Part shown: one piece after another, positions 10,260 through 19,647 of the stretch
How the letters are laid out: each line of letters begins with the position of its first letter
Numbering within the stretch: position 1 is the first letter of the stretch
Assembly (NCBI GenBank): GCA_949282555.1
Contig: CASDPK010000021.1
Span: forward strand, 1,732 to 65,731
DNA: 64,000 nt
DNA from: an uncultured Lentisphaeraceae bacterium
Lineage (GTDB): Bacteria > Verrucomicrobiota > Kiritimatiellia > RFP12 > DVOR01
Direction: 5' to 3'
The notes under the pieces: generated by a model
Databases searched by the model: none
Told to the model about the DNA's origin: nothing
Seen by the model: the letters and a program-made list of their open reading frames with translations, nothing else
Position numbers and translations under genes: made by a program

Positions 10260-10621
10260 AAAGACGTGTGGGAATCGGCATGGTTGCGGGGACGCTTTGG
10301 GGCCTATCGCTGGCTTTTGGATGTGCGCAGACGACCTATCAGACGTGCCCGGATGAGGCGGCGTTGTGCGCACAGCTCTTCGCATTGCGCAACGATTTGT
10401 TACGAGGCACTTATTATTGCGGAAGTGACGACGCATGGCACTATTTTAGGGTCAAACGCCAAATAGGGTTCTTTGTGTTTGAAGACGGCTTTAAAGCCCC
10501 TGCCGCAGTCGATCTGCCCTTTCCGCTCCAACCGAAAAGTGATGAACCCGATGCTTGGCTCGCCATTGACGGCCATCTGACGGAGTGGATGGCGGAGGCG
10601 GACAAGGGAGGTCACAAGTGA
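10256..10621 (+). CDS. Hypothetical exported protein / lipoprotein
   Basis: Signal peptide ending LAFGC; YCGSDDAWHYF core. Confidence 0.6.
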   Translation: MKRRVGIGMVAGTLWGLSLAFGCAQTTYQTCPDEAALCAQLFALRNDLLRGTYYCGSDDAWHYFRVKRQIGFFVFEDGFKAPAAVDLPFPLQPKSDEPDAWLAIDGHLTEWMAEADKGGHK

Positions 10622-11199
10622 CGACATCAGAATCCACCACTGAGTTGTGTTATTTGGAAGTGGATTTCCCGGAGCACGTCGTTGGGCTGCAAAAGAGGGT
10701 GTTGCGCAATCACCATGTCACCTTCGGGGAAACGCGCGACGGGAAACGCCCCTTCCTGTGCTGTGAGTGTGCGGATGTCGCCTCGCTTGAAGGGTGGCTT
10801 TCCGACGTGGAGACCTTGATCCGCTTGGCCAAACCCACGTGGCGACACCATGTTTGGCTCTCGCTTTATCCGGAGAAGGATCGTTCGCATTGGATGCTTC
10901 CGAACGCCCTCTTGCACTTCCTTGCCCGCAAGCATTTGAGCCTCACGGTGTCCTTTACGGGCTGGGGAGATGAGCGCTGTGGACAAAGGGAGGGAAGGAT
11001 GCTTCAAGAGGTGCGCTATCGGGCGACACCGCGCGCGAAATCGGTGTGCGGTCTACGGAAGCCCATCTTGGAATGGATAGAACACATCACGCTCCGCACC
11101 TCAGCCGATAGCGATGGATACACGCTCTCGCCGAGGAAGTTGCGGCGGTTTTCCCGTGAGAACGCCGCGGTCATCGTTTCCATCCGCCGATATTCCTAA
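10618..11199 (+). CDS. Hypothetical protein
   Basis: GTG start overlapping previous TGA, GGAGG SD; converges on the antiporter gene. Confidence 0.5.
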   Translation: MTTSESTTELCYLEVDFPEHVVGLQKRVLRNHHVTFGETRDGKRPFLCCECADVASLEGWLSDVETLIRLAKPTWRHHVWLSLYPEKDRSHWMLPNALLHFLARKHLSLTVSFTGWGDERCGQREGRMLQEVRYRATPRAKSVCGLRKPILEWIEHITLRTSADSDGYTLSPRKLRRFSRENAAVIVSIRRYS

Positions 11200-12497
11200 G
11201 AGCGCCGCCGCTCCAAGAGAATCAGCACCGGCACCGTCACCCCCATCAGGAACGGATAGAAGAGCCACGGCAACACCTCCGTGGGGGCCAGCGTCATGCC
11301 CTGCGCGGTGGCGCCGCCGGCGGCATAGAGCAGCTGCGCGCCATAGGGCAGAATCCCCTGCCACACCGACGTGAAGATGTCCAGCACCGCCGCCGCGCGG
11401 GCCGATGAGACGCCATGCGTCGCGGCGACTTCGCGTGCCACGGGCCCGGCCACCACAATGGCCACGGTGTTGTTGGCGGTGGCCACGTCCATCGCGGAGC
11501 CTAGGGCGGCGATGCCCAGCTGGGCGCCTTTGGGCCCGCGGACACGCCGCGACACATGGCCCAAGAGCCAGTCCAACCCGCCATTGTCCCGCACCAATCT
11601 CAGCACCCCGGCCACCACCAGCGAGATCGCCGTGATATCGTACATCCCGGCGATGCCGTTGCCCACCGCCTCAAAGGCGGCGTGCGGCGCCAAGGCTCCG
11701 GTGCCCACGCCCACCACCAAGGAGAGCGCCGTCCCCAACGTCAGCACCAAAAAGACGTTCACGCCCGCCAGCGCCGCCGTGAGCACCGCAAGATAGGGCA
11801 ACAGCCGCAGAAAATGCCACGGGAGCTCCTCCGGGAGCGTGGTGCCCTCGCCGCCGGCAAAGAGCGCGAAGAGTCCGAGGGAGAGCACCGCGGCCGGCAA
11901 GACGAGGCGGATATTCTCACGGAACTTGTCGCGCATTCCGCACCCCTGCGTCCGCGTCGCGGCGATGGTGGTGTCGGAAATCATGGAGAGATTGTCGCCG
12001 AACATCGCCCCGCAGACCACCGCCCCCACGCAGAGCGCCCCGGGGAAGCCCGCCTTTTGCGCCACCCCCACGGCAATCGGCACCAACGCCGCAATCGTCC
12101 CCACCGAGGTGCCCATCGCCGTGGAGACGAAGGCCCCGACCGCGAAGAGTCCCGCCACCGCCACGCGCGGCGGCAAAACCGACAGTCCGGCATTCACCGT
12201 GCTCTCCACGCCGCCCGCCGCCGTCACGGCCCCGGAGAACGCCCCGGCCAGCAGGAAGACCAAGCACATGATCATGACGTTGCGCTCGCCCATGCCATGG
12301 GCGACGCTTTCAAGCTTCTCGGCGAAGGGACGGCGCGGATTTTGGAGGAACGCCACACACAGCGCCAGCACAAAGGGCACAATCGGCGGCAACGCCACCG
12401 CCTCGCGAAAGGGAATCCCCACGCCCAGGAACAACAGCAACAACACGGCAACGGGCAAAAGCCCCGACAGTTTTCCACGGTTTGTGTGTCCTTCCAT
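11196..12497 (-). CDS. Na+/H+ antiporter NhaC-family transporter (possible amino-acid transporter)
   Basis: AMGTSVGT, GAMFGDNLSMISDTTIAATRTQG, ANNTVAI, PYGAQLL. Confidence 0.88.
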   Translation of the reverse strand: MEGHTNRGKLSGLLPVAVLLLLFLGVGIPFREAVALPPIVPFVLALCVAFLQNPRRPFAEKLESVAHGMGERNVMIMCLVFLLAGAFSGAVTAAGGVESTVNAGLSVLPPRVAVAGLFAVGAFVSTAMGTSVGTIAALVPIAVGVAQKAGFPGALCVGAVVCGAMFGDNLSMISDTTIAATRTQGCGMRDKFRENIRLVLPAAVLSLGLFALFAGGEGTTLPEELPWHFLRLLPYLAVLTAALAGVNVFLVLTLGTALSLVVGVGTGALAPHAAFEAVGNGIAGMYDITAISLVVAGVLRLVRDNGGLDWLLGHVSRRVRGPKGAQLGIAALGSAMDVATANNTVAIVVAGPVAREVAATHGVSSARAAAVLDIFTSVWQGILPYGAQLLYAAGGATAQGMTLAPTEVLPWLFYPFLMGVTVPVLILLERRRS

Positions 12498-12561
12498 TCG
12501 CTCCGTCCCTCCTTTTGGCGCGACAGTATACCGAACTTATGCCCGAGCGGCACCCCCCCCC

Positions 12562-12601
12562 AAAAAAAAACAAGCCATGACACCGCTGTCGGTGCCATGG
12601 C
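12562..12601 (-). terminator. Intrinsic terminator of ileS
   Basis: gccatgacaccg/cggtgccatggc stem followed on the minus strand by a T-tract. Confidence 0.7.
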
Positions 12602-12642
12602 CGTGATGGGAACCGGCGTGGGCCGATACGTCCGTGCGGGAC

Positions 12643-15600
12643 TCAGTGGGCGTCAATCGCAAGGGCGATTTCGTGTCCGTTGAGGTCGATGGGGTCCGCG
12701 GGCACCTCGCCGAAGACAAGCGCGTCGGCCTGGGTCTCTTCAAGGATGGTGTCCTGCCACGCCTCCAGCGCGGCGGAGACCTCGTCGTCGGCCTGGACGG
12801 CGATATCGATGCGCTGGGTCACCTCCAAGTCCGCCTCCTTGCGCAAGGCCTGGACCTTGGAGACGAATTCACGCATGAGCCCCTCAGCCACGAGGGCCGG
12901 GGTGAGCGCCGTCTCAAGCGCAACGACCACATCGCCCTCGGCGGCGACGACGAGCCCTTCGCGGGGTTCGCGGCGGATCACCACGTCGCCGGGGCCGAGG
13001 GTCGCCTCCTCCCCTTGGATGGAGAGGGAGACCGTCTCACCGCGGGCGAGGGCGGCGGCCTGTTCCTGCCCAAGGGCGGCGATGGCGGCGGCGGCGGCCT
13101 TCATCTTGGCGCCGAAGCGGGGGCCAAGGGCCTTGAAGTCTGCCTTGAGGGAAAGGGTGGCAAAGGCGGTTTCATCCTCATCGAACGCAACGTCCTTGAC
13201 GTTGAGCTCCTCGCGCACGATGTCGGCATAGCCGGCGAGCGCGGTGCGAAGCGCGGCATCGGCCGAAGCCACACGGAGGCGGGCGAGGGGCTGGCGCACC
13301 TTGAGGTCCTCGTCGGTGCGGAGCTGACGGCCCAAGCTGACCACGCGCTGGACGAGGGCCATATCCTCCTCCAAACGAAGGTCGCGGGCAGCGGCTTCGG
13401 CGACGGGGAAATCGCAGAGGTGCACGCTCTCGGGATCGGACGCGCCGCGAAGGTTGCGGTAGATCTGCTCGGAAACGAAGGGGCAGAAGGGCGCGGCGAC
13501 CTTGGAAAGCTGAACGAGGACGTAGCGGAGCGTGCGGTAGGCGCGGCGCTTGTCGGTGTCGTCCTCGCTCTTCCAGAAACGGCGGCGGGAGCGGCGGATG
13601 TACCAATTGGTGAGATCATCGACGAACGCAACGAAGGGCCGGACGGCACGCTGGAGATCGTAGGTGTCGAGTGCGGAGGTGACGTCGGCGATGAGCGTCT
13701 CCATGGAGGAGACGATCCAACGGTCGAGGACGTTCGTGGAGTCGGGGCGGGCCACCTCGGGCTCGTCGAACCCATCGGCATTCGCGTAGGTGACGAAGAA
13801 GCTGTAGGCGTTCCACCACGGGATGAGGAGGTCGCGCAGAATCTGCCGCACGCCATTTTCGGAGAAGCGGAGGTTCTCCGCGCGGACGACGGGGGAATTG
13901 ATGAGGTAGAGGCGGAGGGCGTCGGCGCCGTACTTCTGGATGATCTCGTTGGGGTCGGGATAGTTCTTCAGGCGCTTGGACATCTTCTTGCCGTCCTCGG
14001 CAAGGACGAGGCCATTGACGACGACGTTCTTGTAAGGGGCCTTGCCGAAGAGGAGCGTTCCGAGCACCAAGAGCGTGTAGAACCAACCGCGCGTTTGGTC
14101 AAGCCCCTCGGCAATGAAGTCGGCGGGGAAGAAGCCCTCCAACGCCTTGCCCGAGAAGGGATAGTGCTGCTGGGCATAGGGCATGGAGCCGGATTCGAAC
14201 CAGCAGTCCAACACCTCGGGCGTGCGGCGATAGGTGTGGCCATCGCGGACGATGAGCACCTTGTCGATGAAATGCTTGTGCAGATCGGTGATCTTCTGCC
14301 CGGAGAGCGCCTCCAGCTCGGCCACGGAGCCCACGCAGATCATGTCGTCGGGATCGTCTTCGTTCACCCACACCGGGAGGCAGGAACCCCAGAAGCGGTT
14401 GCGGGAGATGTTCCAATCCTTCGCGTCGCGCAGCCAGTTGCCGAAACGGTTGGCGCCGACGGCCGCAGGCTGCCAATGCACGGTGGCGTTGTTGGCGGTC
14501 AGGCGGTCGTGCAGATCCTCCACGCGCACATACCACGCGTCGATGGCACGGTAGATGAGCGGGGAGTCGGTGCGGTCGCAGAAGGGATAGGAGTGAACGA
14601 TGGTGGATTGGTGAACCAACTTCCCGGCGGCCTTGAGCTCGCGGATGATGTCCTTGTCGCAATCCTTGCAGAAGCGCCCGCGCCAAGCCTCAGGCGCCGG
14701 GGCGATGAAGGCGCAGGCTTCGTCGAGCGGGTCCACCAGCTCAATCCCCGCCGCGGAGCAGACGCGGAAGTCGTCCTCACCATAGGCAGGCGCGTTGTGC
14801 ACCAAGCCGGTGCCGTCGGTGGTCGTCACATAAGCGTCGGTGAGCACCACAAAGGCGTTCGGCGCGTCCTTGTACTGCGGGAAGATGGGCTCGTAGCGCA
14901 CGCCCTGGAGGGCCGTGCCCTTGAAGCGTTCGAGCACCTCGCAGCTCTCGGCCTTCCGGAAGACGGCGGAGAGGCGGGCCTCCGCGAGGATATAGACGGC
15001 GCCGTCGGCCTTGTCGCGCACAGCCACATAGTCAATCTCCGGGCCGGCGCAGATGGCGAGGTTGGAAAGGAGCGTCCACGGGGTCGTCGTCCAAACGAGG
15101 AGGTAAGCCTCATCGCCCCACGCGGGGTGCGCGCCCTCGGTGACGCGGCAACGGACGGTCACCGCGGGGTCCTGCACATCCTTGTAGTTGTTGCCCGCCT
15201 CGAAGTTGGAAAGCGGCGTGGAGAGCTTCCACGAATAGGGCATGATGCGGTGGCTCTTGTAGATGCGCCCCTGATCCCACAACTGCTTGAAGGCCCACCA
15301 CACGCTCTCCATGAAGGCAGGCTGCATCGTCTTGTAGTCGTTGTCGAAATCGACCCAGCGTCCCATGCGCGTGACGGTCTCGCGCCATTGCGAAACGTAA
15401 CGCAACACCATGGAGCGGCACTGCTCATTGAAGGCGTCCACGCCATGCTTGCGGATTTCGTAGGCGCCGCTCACCCCCAGCGCGTCCTGCGCCAAAGCCT
15501 CAATGGGCAGACCGTGGCAATCCCAGCCGAAACGCCGCTCCACGTAATGCCCACGCATGGTCTGATAACGCGGCACGATGTCCTTGATCGTGCCGGCCAG

Positions 15601-15777
15601 CAGGTGGCCATAGTGCGGGAGACCGGTGGCGAAGGGGGGCCCGTCATAGAAGCGGAAGACGGGCGCATCCTTGCGCTGCGCCAAGCTCTTGGCAAAGGTG
15701 CCTTCCTCGGCCCAGAGGGCGAGCACGGATTCTTCGTTCTTGGAGAAATCGGGACGGTTGGATACAGGTTTGAACAT
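12643..15777 (-). CDS. ileS: Isoleucine--tRNA ligase, type 2
   Basis: DGPPFATGLPHYGH, DWNISRNRFWG, EGLDQTRGWFY, KMSKR; long type-2 C-terminus. Confidence 0.97.
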   Translation of the reverse strand: MFKPVSNRPDFSKNEESVLALWAEEGTFAKSLAQRKDAPVFRFYDGPPFATGLPHYGHLLAGTIKDIVPRYQTMRGHYVERRFGWDCHGLPIEALAQDALGVSGAYEIRKHGVDAFNEQCRSMVLRYVSQWRETVTRMGRWVDFDNDYKTMQPAFMESVWWAFKQLWDQGRIYKSHRIMPYSWKLSTPLSNFEAGNNYKDVQDPAVTVRCRVTEGAHPAWGDEAYLLVWTTTPWTLLSNLAICAGPEIDYVAVRDKADGAVYILAEARLSAVFRKAESCEVLERFKGTALQGVRYEPIFPQYKDAPNAFVVLTDAYVTTTDGTGLVHNAPAYGEDDFRVCSAAGIELVDPLDEACAFIAPAPEAWRGRFCKDCDKDIIRELKAAGKLVHQSTIVHSYPFCDRTDSPLIYRAIDAWYVRVEDLHDRLTANNATVHWQPAAVGANRFGNWLRDAKDWNISRNRFWGSCLPVWVNEDDPDDMICVGSVAELEALSGQKITDLHKHFIDKVLIVRDGHTYRRTPEVLDCWFESGSMPYAQQHYPFSGKALEGFFPADFIAEGLDQTRGWFYTLLVLGTLLFGKAPYKNVVVNGLVLAEDGKKMSKRLKNYPDPNEIIQKYGADALRLYLINSPVVRAENLRFSENGVRQILRDLLIPWWNAYSFFVTYANADGFDEPEVARPDSTNVLDRWIVSSMETLIADVTSALDTYDLQRAVRPFVAFVDDLTNWYIRRSRRRFWKSEDDTDKRRAYRTLRYVLVQLSKVAAPFCPFVSEQIYRNLRGASDPESVHLCDFPVAEAAARDLRLEEDMALVQRVVSLGRQLRTDEDLKVRQPLARLRVASADAALRTALAGYADIVREELNVKDVAFDEDETAFATLSLKADFKALGPRFGAKMKAAAAAIAALGQEQAAALARGETVSLSIQGEEATLGPGDVVIRREPREGLVVAAEGDVVVALETALTPALVAEGLMREFVSKVQALRKEADLEVTQRIDIAVQADDEVSAALEAWQDTILEETQADALVFGEVPADPIDLNGHEIALAIDAH

Positions 15778-15869
15778 AAGGCTGGGGGGTTGACGTGAAA
15801 ACGCTGGGCGGCACACGGGCGGGCCGCCGGGGAGGCCCCTTCGCGGGGCCCTTCCGGAGGTCTCCGGGA

Positions 15870-16325
15870 TCAGCCGCGGAGCACCGCGAGCACACCCTCG
15901 CGGTCAGTCGCGGCAATGATGGCCGCACGCTTCTCGGCATCCATGAGCGTGCGGCAGACGGTCGCCAAAAACGCGGTGTAGCCCGCACCCGCCGAGGGCG
16001 GCACAAGCAAAAGGATCACCACGTGCGTGGGCTGGCCGTCGGGCGCATCGGCCGCGAAACCGTCGCGGCTCACGCCGATGCAGCACGTCAGCTCCGCCAC
16101 CACGTCGGTGCGGCCATGGGGAAGGGCGATCTCATCGGTCATCACGGTGGAAGCCGACATCTCGCGGCGGACGATGGCCTGCTTGGCCTCATCGCGCGCG
16201 GCCTCGGGCAACGCCCCGGCGGCCACAAGCGCGTCGGTCATCTCGGCGATGGCCCCGAAAATATCCTCGCTCTTCAGCGAATTGAGGACAACGGCCTTTT
16301 GGAGCATGGTGTCGTAGGTGTTCAT
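15870..16325 (-). CDS. PTS EIIA (fructose/nitrogen-regulatory type) domain protein
   Basis: RREMSASTVMTDEIALPHGR phospho-His motif; DAPDGQPTHVVILLL. Confidence 0.85.
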   Translation of the reverse strand: MNTYDTMLQKAVVLNSLKSEDIFGAIAEMTDALVAAGALPEAARDEAKQAIVRREMSASTVMTDEIALPHGRTDVVAELTCCIGVSRDGFAADAPDGQPTHVVILLLVPPSAGAGYTAFLATVCRTLMDAEKRAAIIAATDREGVLAVLRG

Positions 16326-16348
16326 ATCGGAAGGATCCTTTGCCAAAA

Positions 16349-17317
16349 TCAGAGATAACGCACGCGCAAGGCGGCGTTTTCGAGCGTATCGCGGGCGACG
16401 AGCGCGTCGAGCGCGCGGCCAATGGGCCCGGGCCGGCCGTCGCCCACGCGCCGCCCGTTGTATTCCACCACCGAGGCCACATTCAGCGTGGTGCCCACCA
16501 CGAGAATCTCATGCGCCTCGTAAAGCTCTTCCTCACGGATGGGACGGAACACCACACCCTTCAAGCGCCCATCCGCCTCCAACCCCTGCGCCAATTCGGA
16601 AACGCGCAACATCGTGGTGCCCGCCAACACCGCATCCAGCGGCGGAAACACCAAGCGCCCGCTTTTGGAGACAATCCCGACATTCTCCGTGGCCCCCTCC
16701 GTCACATGCCCGTGACCATCCACCCCCACCATGAAATCCACGTGCCACACATCGGCCTCCGCCCGCATCAACACATTGGGGACATAATTGCACGTCTTCG
16801 CCGTGGCGAAACACGGCGGCTTGGCCGGCACCTGACTCTTGCGCAGCGTCGCCCCCTCCGGCTTCCGCTCCATGAACGGCCTGCCCGCGCCATAAACCAT
16901 CACATAAAGCGCCGTCCCCGAACTCTCCGACGGCGCCACCCCCATGCCGCCGGGCCCACGGCTCAACACCACCCGCACCGAACACTCCGGCTGCCCCGCG
17001 CGCTCCAACGCCTCCAACACCTTCGCCCGCACCGCCTCCGGCCCCCGGCGAAACGTGAGGCCAATCTGATACGCGCTCCGCTGGAGCCGCTGAAGGTGCG
17101 CATCGAGATTGTACACCGCGCCATCCAAGCACTTCATCGTCTCAAAGACGCCATCCCCGCGATGCACCACGTGGTCGTCAAACGGCACCACCATCAGCGC
17201 CGGGTCCGTCACGTAAGCGTCCCAAAGGCTTGAATAAAAGAGATAATAAGGCACCTTCCCCGGGCGCAAGGACGCGCGCAGGGCCTCCGCAAAATCGCCG
17301 GCCTGAAGTTCCTTCAT
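16349..17317 (-). CDS. Class IV PLP aminotransferase (IlvE/PabC/D-amino-acid aminotransferase family)
   Basis: HRGDGVFETMK, HLQRL, KTCNY, EGATEN, LAGTTM. Confidence 0.88.
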   Translation of the reverse strand: MKELQAGDFAEALRASLRPGKVPYYLFYSSLWDAYVTDPALMVVPFDDHVVHRGDGVFETMKCLDGAVYNLDAHLQRLQRSAYQIGLTFRRGPEAVRAKVLEALERAGQPECSVRVVLSRGPGGMGVAPSESSGTALYVMVYGAGRPFMERKPEGATLRKSQVPAKPPCFATAKTCNYVPNVLMRAEADVWHVDFMVGVDGHGHVTEGATENVGIVSKSGRLVFPPLDAVLAGTTMLRVSELAQGLEADGRLKGVVFRPIREEELYEAHEILVVGTTLNVASVVEYNGRRVGDGRPGPIGRALDALVARDTLENAALRVRYL

Positions 17318-17470
17318 CTTAGGCTGTGGCTCCGTAAAACCGACCCTAGCATAACAAAAGTTCCGCTCCCCACGCAAAACGAAAGGCAACGCCCTCTCAG
17401 GGGAAAAGGGAAATCAAAGTACCTTTGGCATTTCCTCCAGGACATCTATCCCAACCCGATTTCCACGCCT

Positions 17471-18181
17471 TCACCGAGGACACGGTGAAGAAACGCGATG
17501 TTCCCAGATTTTGACATCTTTTCCGTAAGGGACAATCACGTCGAACGGCCACACACGGGAACGTTCACGCCCTCCAAGGCAAACGAGCGTCCCACTCAAA
17601 TGGATTTCCGTCTCCGTCGCCGAAACGATGTTGCCCGTCACCGAGAGCCCGGAGTAATTCTCCTCTTTATGGACATCCCGCCCCTTGAGATAGGAGATAG
17701 ACTCACTTGATGGATCCTCCAAAGGCCGCGCAACCGTCAAACGAAACGGTTTTTCCTTTTCGTGAGTCAAGACCCTAAAATAAGGAAGTGAAACCACCGA
17801 ACGTGGCGCGCCTGCGGTGACGGTGCGCGGGCTCTCCTTCAAGACCCTAAAATAAGGAAGTGAAACCACCGAACGTGTCCCCGCGTCCGAAGCCTCCGCC
17901 ATCGATTCCGGCTCTCCTTCCCTCCCATTCACAGCCGCTTCGGGCGTTTCCTTTTTCGCCCCCCATTGTTCCGATTCCTCCCAGCGGATGGACACCTGCA
18001 CTTCATCAACGCCTCCCCCATCATCCGGTTTATCGACCCTCAACCGAATGGTTGAGACATAGGAATCGAATTTCGGCGCACACTCCGAAGCGGCACCCCT
18101 TCCCCCCGCGCACCCCACCGCCATCATTGCCAACAAAAGCAATGAAGCGAGGCTTCCTCCAAAACCTTTCGCAATCTTCAC
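17471..18181 (-). CDS. Hypothetical lipoprotein with an internal duplication
   Basis: Lipobox AVGC; RSVVSLPYFRVL present twice. Confidence 0.65.
   Translation of the reverse strand: MKIAKGFGGSLASLLLLAMMAVGCAGGRGAASECAPKFDSYVSTIRLRVDKPDDGGGVDEVQVSIRWEESEQWGAKKETPEAAVNGREGEPESMAEASDAGTRSVVSLPYFRVLKESPRTVTAGAPRSVVSLPYFRVLTHEKEKPFRLTVARPLEDPSSESISYLKGRDVHKEENYSGLSVTGNIVSATETEIHLSGTLVCLGGRERSRVWPFDVIVPYGKDVKIWEHRVSSPCPR
17767..17877. repeat. 39-bp perfect direct repeat x2 (72-bp period)
   Basis: tcaagaccctaaaataaggaagtgaaaccaccgaacgtg at 17767-17805 and 17839-17877. Confidence 0.9.
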
Positions 18182-18231
18182 TGCGCCTCCTCAGGTTCCA
18201 ACCGCTCGGACGTTGGTTTCGGTGGCAAAAC

Positions 18232-19590
18232 TCAGCGGGCGATGGCCATCTGTGCGGCAAGCCCGATGTAGTCGGCGGGGGTCATGGCCGTGAGGCGGGC
18301 TTTGTCAGCCTCGGGGATCTCAAGCGTGGCAATGAAGTCGGCGAGGGCCTCGCGGGTCATGGCATGGCCGCGGGTGAGGGCTTTGAGCTTTTCGTAGGCG
18401 TTGGGGACGCCGTAGCGGCGCATCACCGTTTGGATGGGCTCGGCGAGGACTTCCCAAGCGTGGTTGAGATCGGCGGCGAGGGCCTCCTCATTGGGGCTCA
18501 TGCGGCCGAGGCCGCGGAGGGTGGAGAGGATCGCGATGAGGGTGTAGGCAAAGCCGGCGCCGACGTTGCGGATGGCGGTGGAGTCGGTCAAATCGCGCTG
18601 CATCCGGGAGACGGGGAGCTTGCGGGCGAGGTGGCCGAGGATCGCGTTGGCGAGGCCGAGGTTGCCTTCGGAGTTCTCAAAGTCGATGGGGTTGATCTTG
18701 TGGGGCATGGTGGAGGAGCCCACCTCCCCGGCGACGACCTTCTGCTTGAGATAGCGCATGGAAACGTACATCCACACGTCGCGGTCAAGATCGAGGAGCA
18801 CCATGTTCCAGCGCTGGAGGGCGTCGAAGAGCTCAGCCATGCCGTCGTGGCTCTCGATTTGGGTGGTGTAGGGATTCTGCACGAGGCCAAAGCCCTCAAT
18901 GACGCGGCGGGAAAGCGCGGGCCAATCCACATCCGGCGCGGCGGCGACGTGGGCGTTGTAGTTGCCAACGGCGCCGTTCATCTTCGCGGGGAGCTCGGTG
19001 GCGTCGATCCGCGCGGCCTGCCGGCGGAGGCGGTGGACGAAGACGGCGAGTTCCTTGCCCAGCGTGGTGGGGCTGGCGGGCTGGCCGTGGGTGTGGGCGA
19101 GCATGGGCAGGGCGATGGTGTCGTTGGCCAAGGCGGCCAAGGCATCGGTGAGGCGGTCGCGTTCGGCGCGGAGGACGGCCAACCCATCGCGCAACTGGAG
19201 CGCGTGGGCCATGTTGTTGATGTCCTCGGAGGTGCAGGCAAAGTGGATGAACTCGCTCAGGTGGGCGCAATCCTTGGGGAGGCGCTCACGGATGAGGTAT
19301 TCCACGGCCTTCACGTCGTGGCGGGTGGTGGCCTCGATGGCCTTCACGCGCTCGGCGTCGGCCAGCGAAAAGCCATCGGCGATGGCTTGGATTTCGGCGC
19401 GCTGGGCGGGCGTGAGGGTGCCCGTTTCCGGGAGGCCCGGCGCGTCGCAAAGGGCGAGCAACCAGGCAATCTCCACCCGCACGCGGCGCTGGATGAGGCC
19501 AAACTCGGAAAAGACGTCGCGCAGGGGCGCGGTCTTGTCGGCATAACGCCCATCAATGGGGGAGATGGCGGTGAGGGGGGAGAGGTCCAT
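18232..19590 (-). CDS. purB: Adenylosuccinate lyase
   Basis: ISPIDGRY, HFACTSEDIN, GSSTMPHKINPIDFENSEGN. Confidence 0.97.
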   Translation of the reverse strand: MDLSPLTAISPIDGRYADKTAPLRDVFSEFGLIQRRVRVEIAWLLALCDAPGLPETGTLTPAQRAEIQAIADGFSLADAERVKAIEATTRHDVKAVEYLIRERLPKDCAHLSEFIHFACTSEDINNMAHALQLRDGLAVLRAERDRLTDALAALANDTIALPMLAHTHGQPASPTTLGKELAVFVHRLRRQAARIDATELPAKMNGAVGNYNAHVAAAPDVDWPALSRRVIEGFGLVQNPYTTQIESHDGMAELFDALQRWNMVLLDLDRDVWMYVSMRYLKQKVVAGEVGSSTMPHKINPIDFENSEGNLGLANAILGHLARKLPVSRMQRDLTDSTAIRNVGAGFAYTLIAILSTLRGLGRMSPNEEALAADLNHAWEVLAEPIQTVMRRYGVPNAYEKLKALTRGHAMTREALADFIATLEIPEADKARLTAMTPADYIGLAAQMAIAR

Positions 19591-19647
19591 GGGTGCTCCG
19601 GGGTTGCGGGGGGGGGGGGGACTGAAAGGAAAGGCGCCGGGCGGGAA

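Noticed and set aside
9000-11199. Integron cassette array
   Set aside because: No attC-like repeats between the ORFs (most overlap each other) and no integrase.
12498-12640. SAM or other riboswitch upstream of the NhaC-family gene
   Set aside because: The space is explained by the ileS terminator and a TATACT box close to the start; no aptamer consensus seen.
12634-15798. Long antisense ORFs (also 17860-21156, 23821-27252, 45268-48114 and others)
   Set aside because: Shadow frames of GC-rich genes on the opposite strand; no recognisable motifs.
15780-15870. T-box or attenuator upstream of ileS
   Set aside because: The gap is only about 90 bp with one GC hairpin; no T-box consensus seen.
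17767-17877. Possible mini-CRISPR (39-bp repeat, 33-bp spacer)
   Set aside because: Only two copies, in frame within an ORF, not palindromic, and no cas genes in the window.
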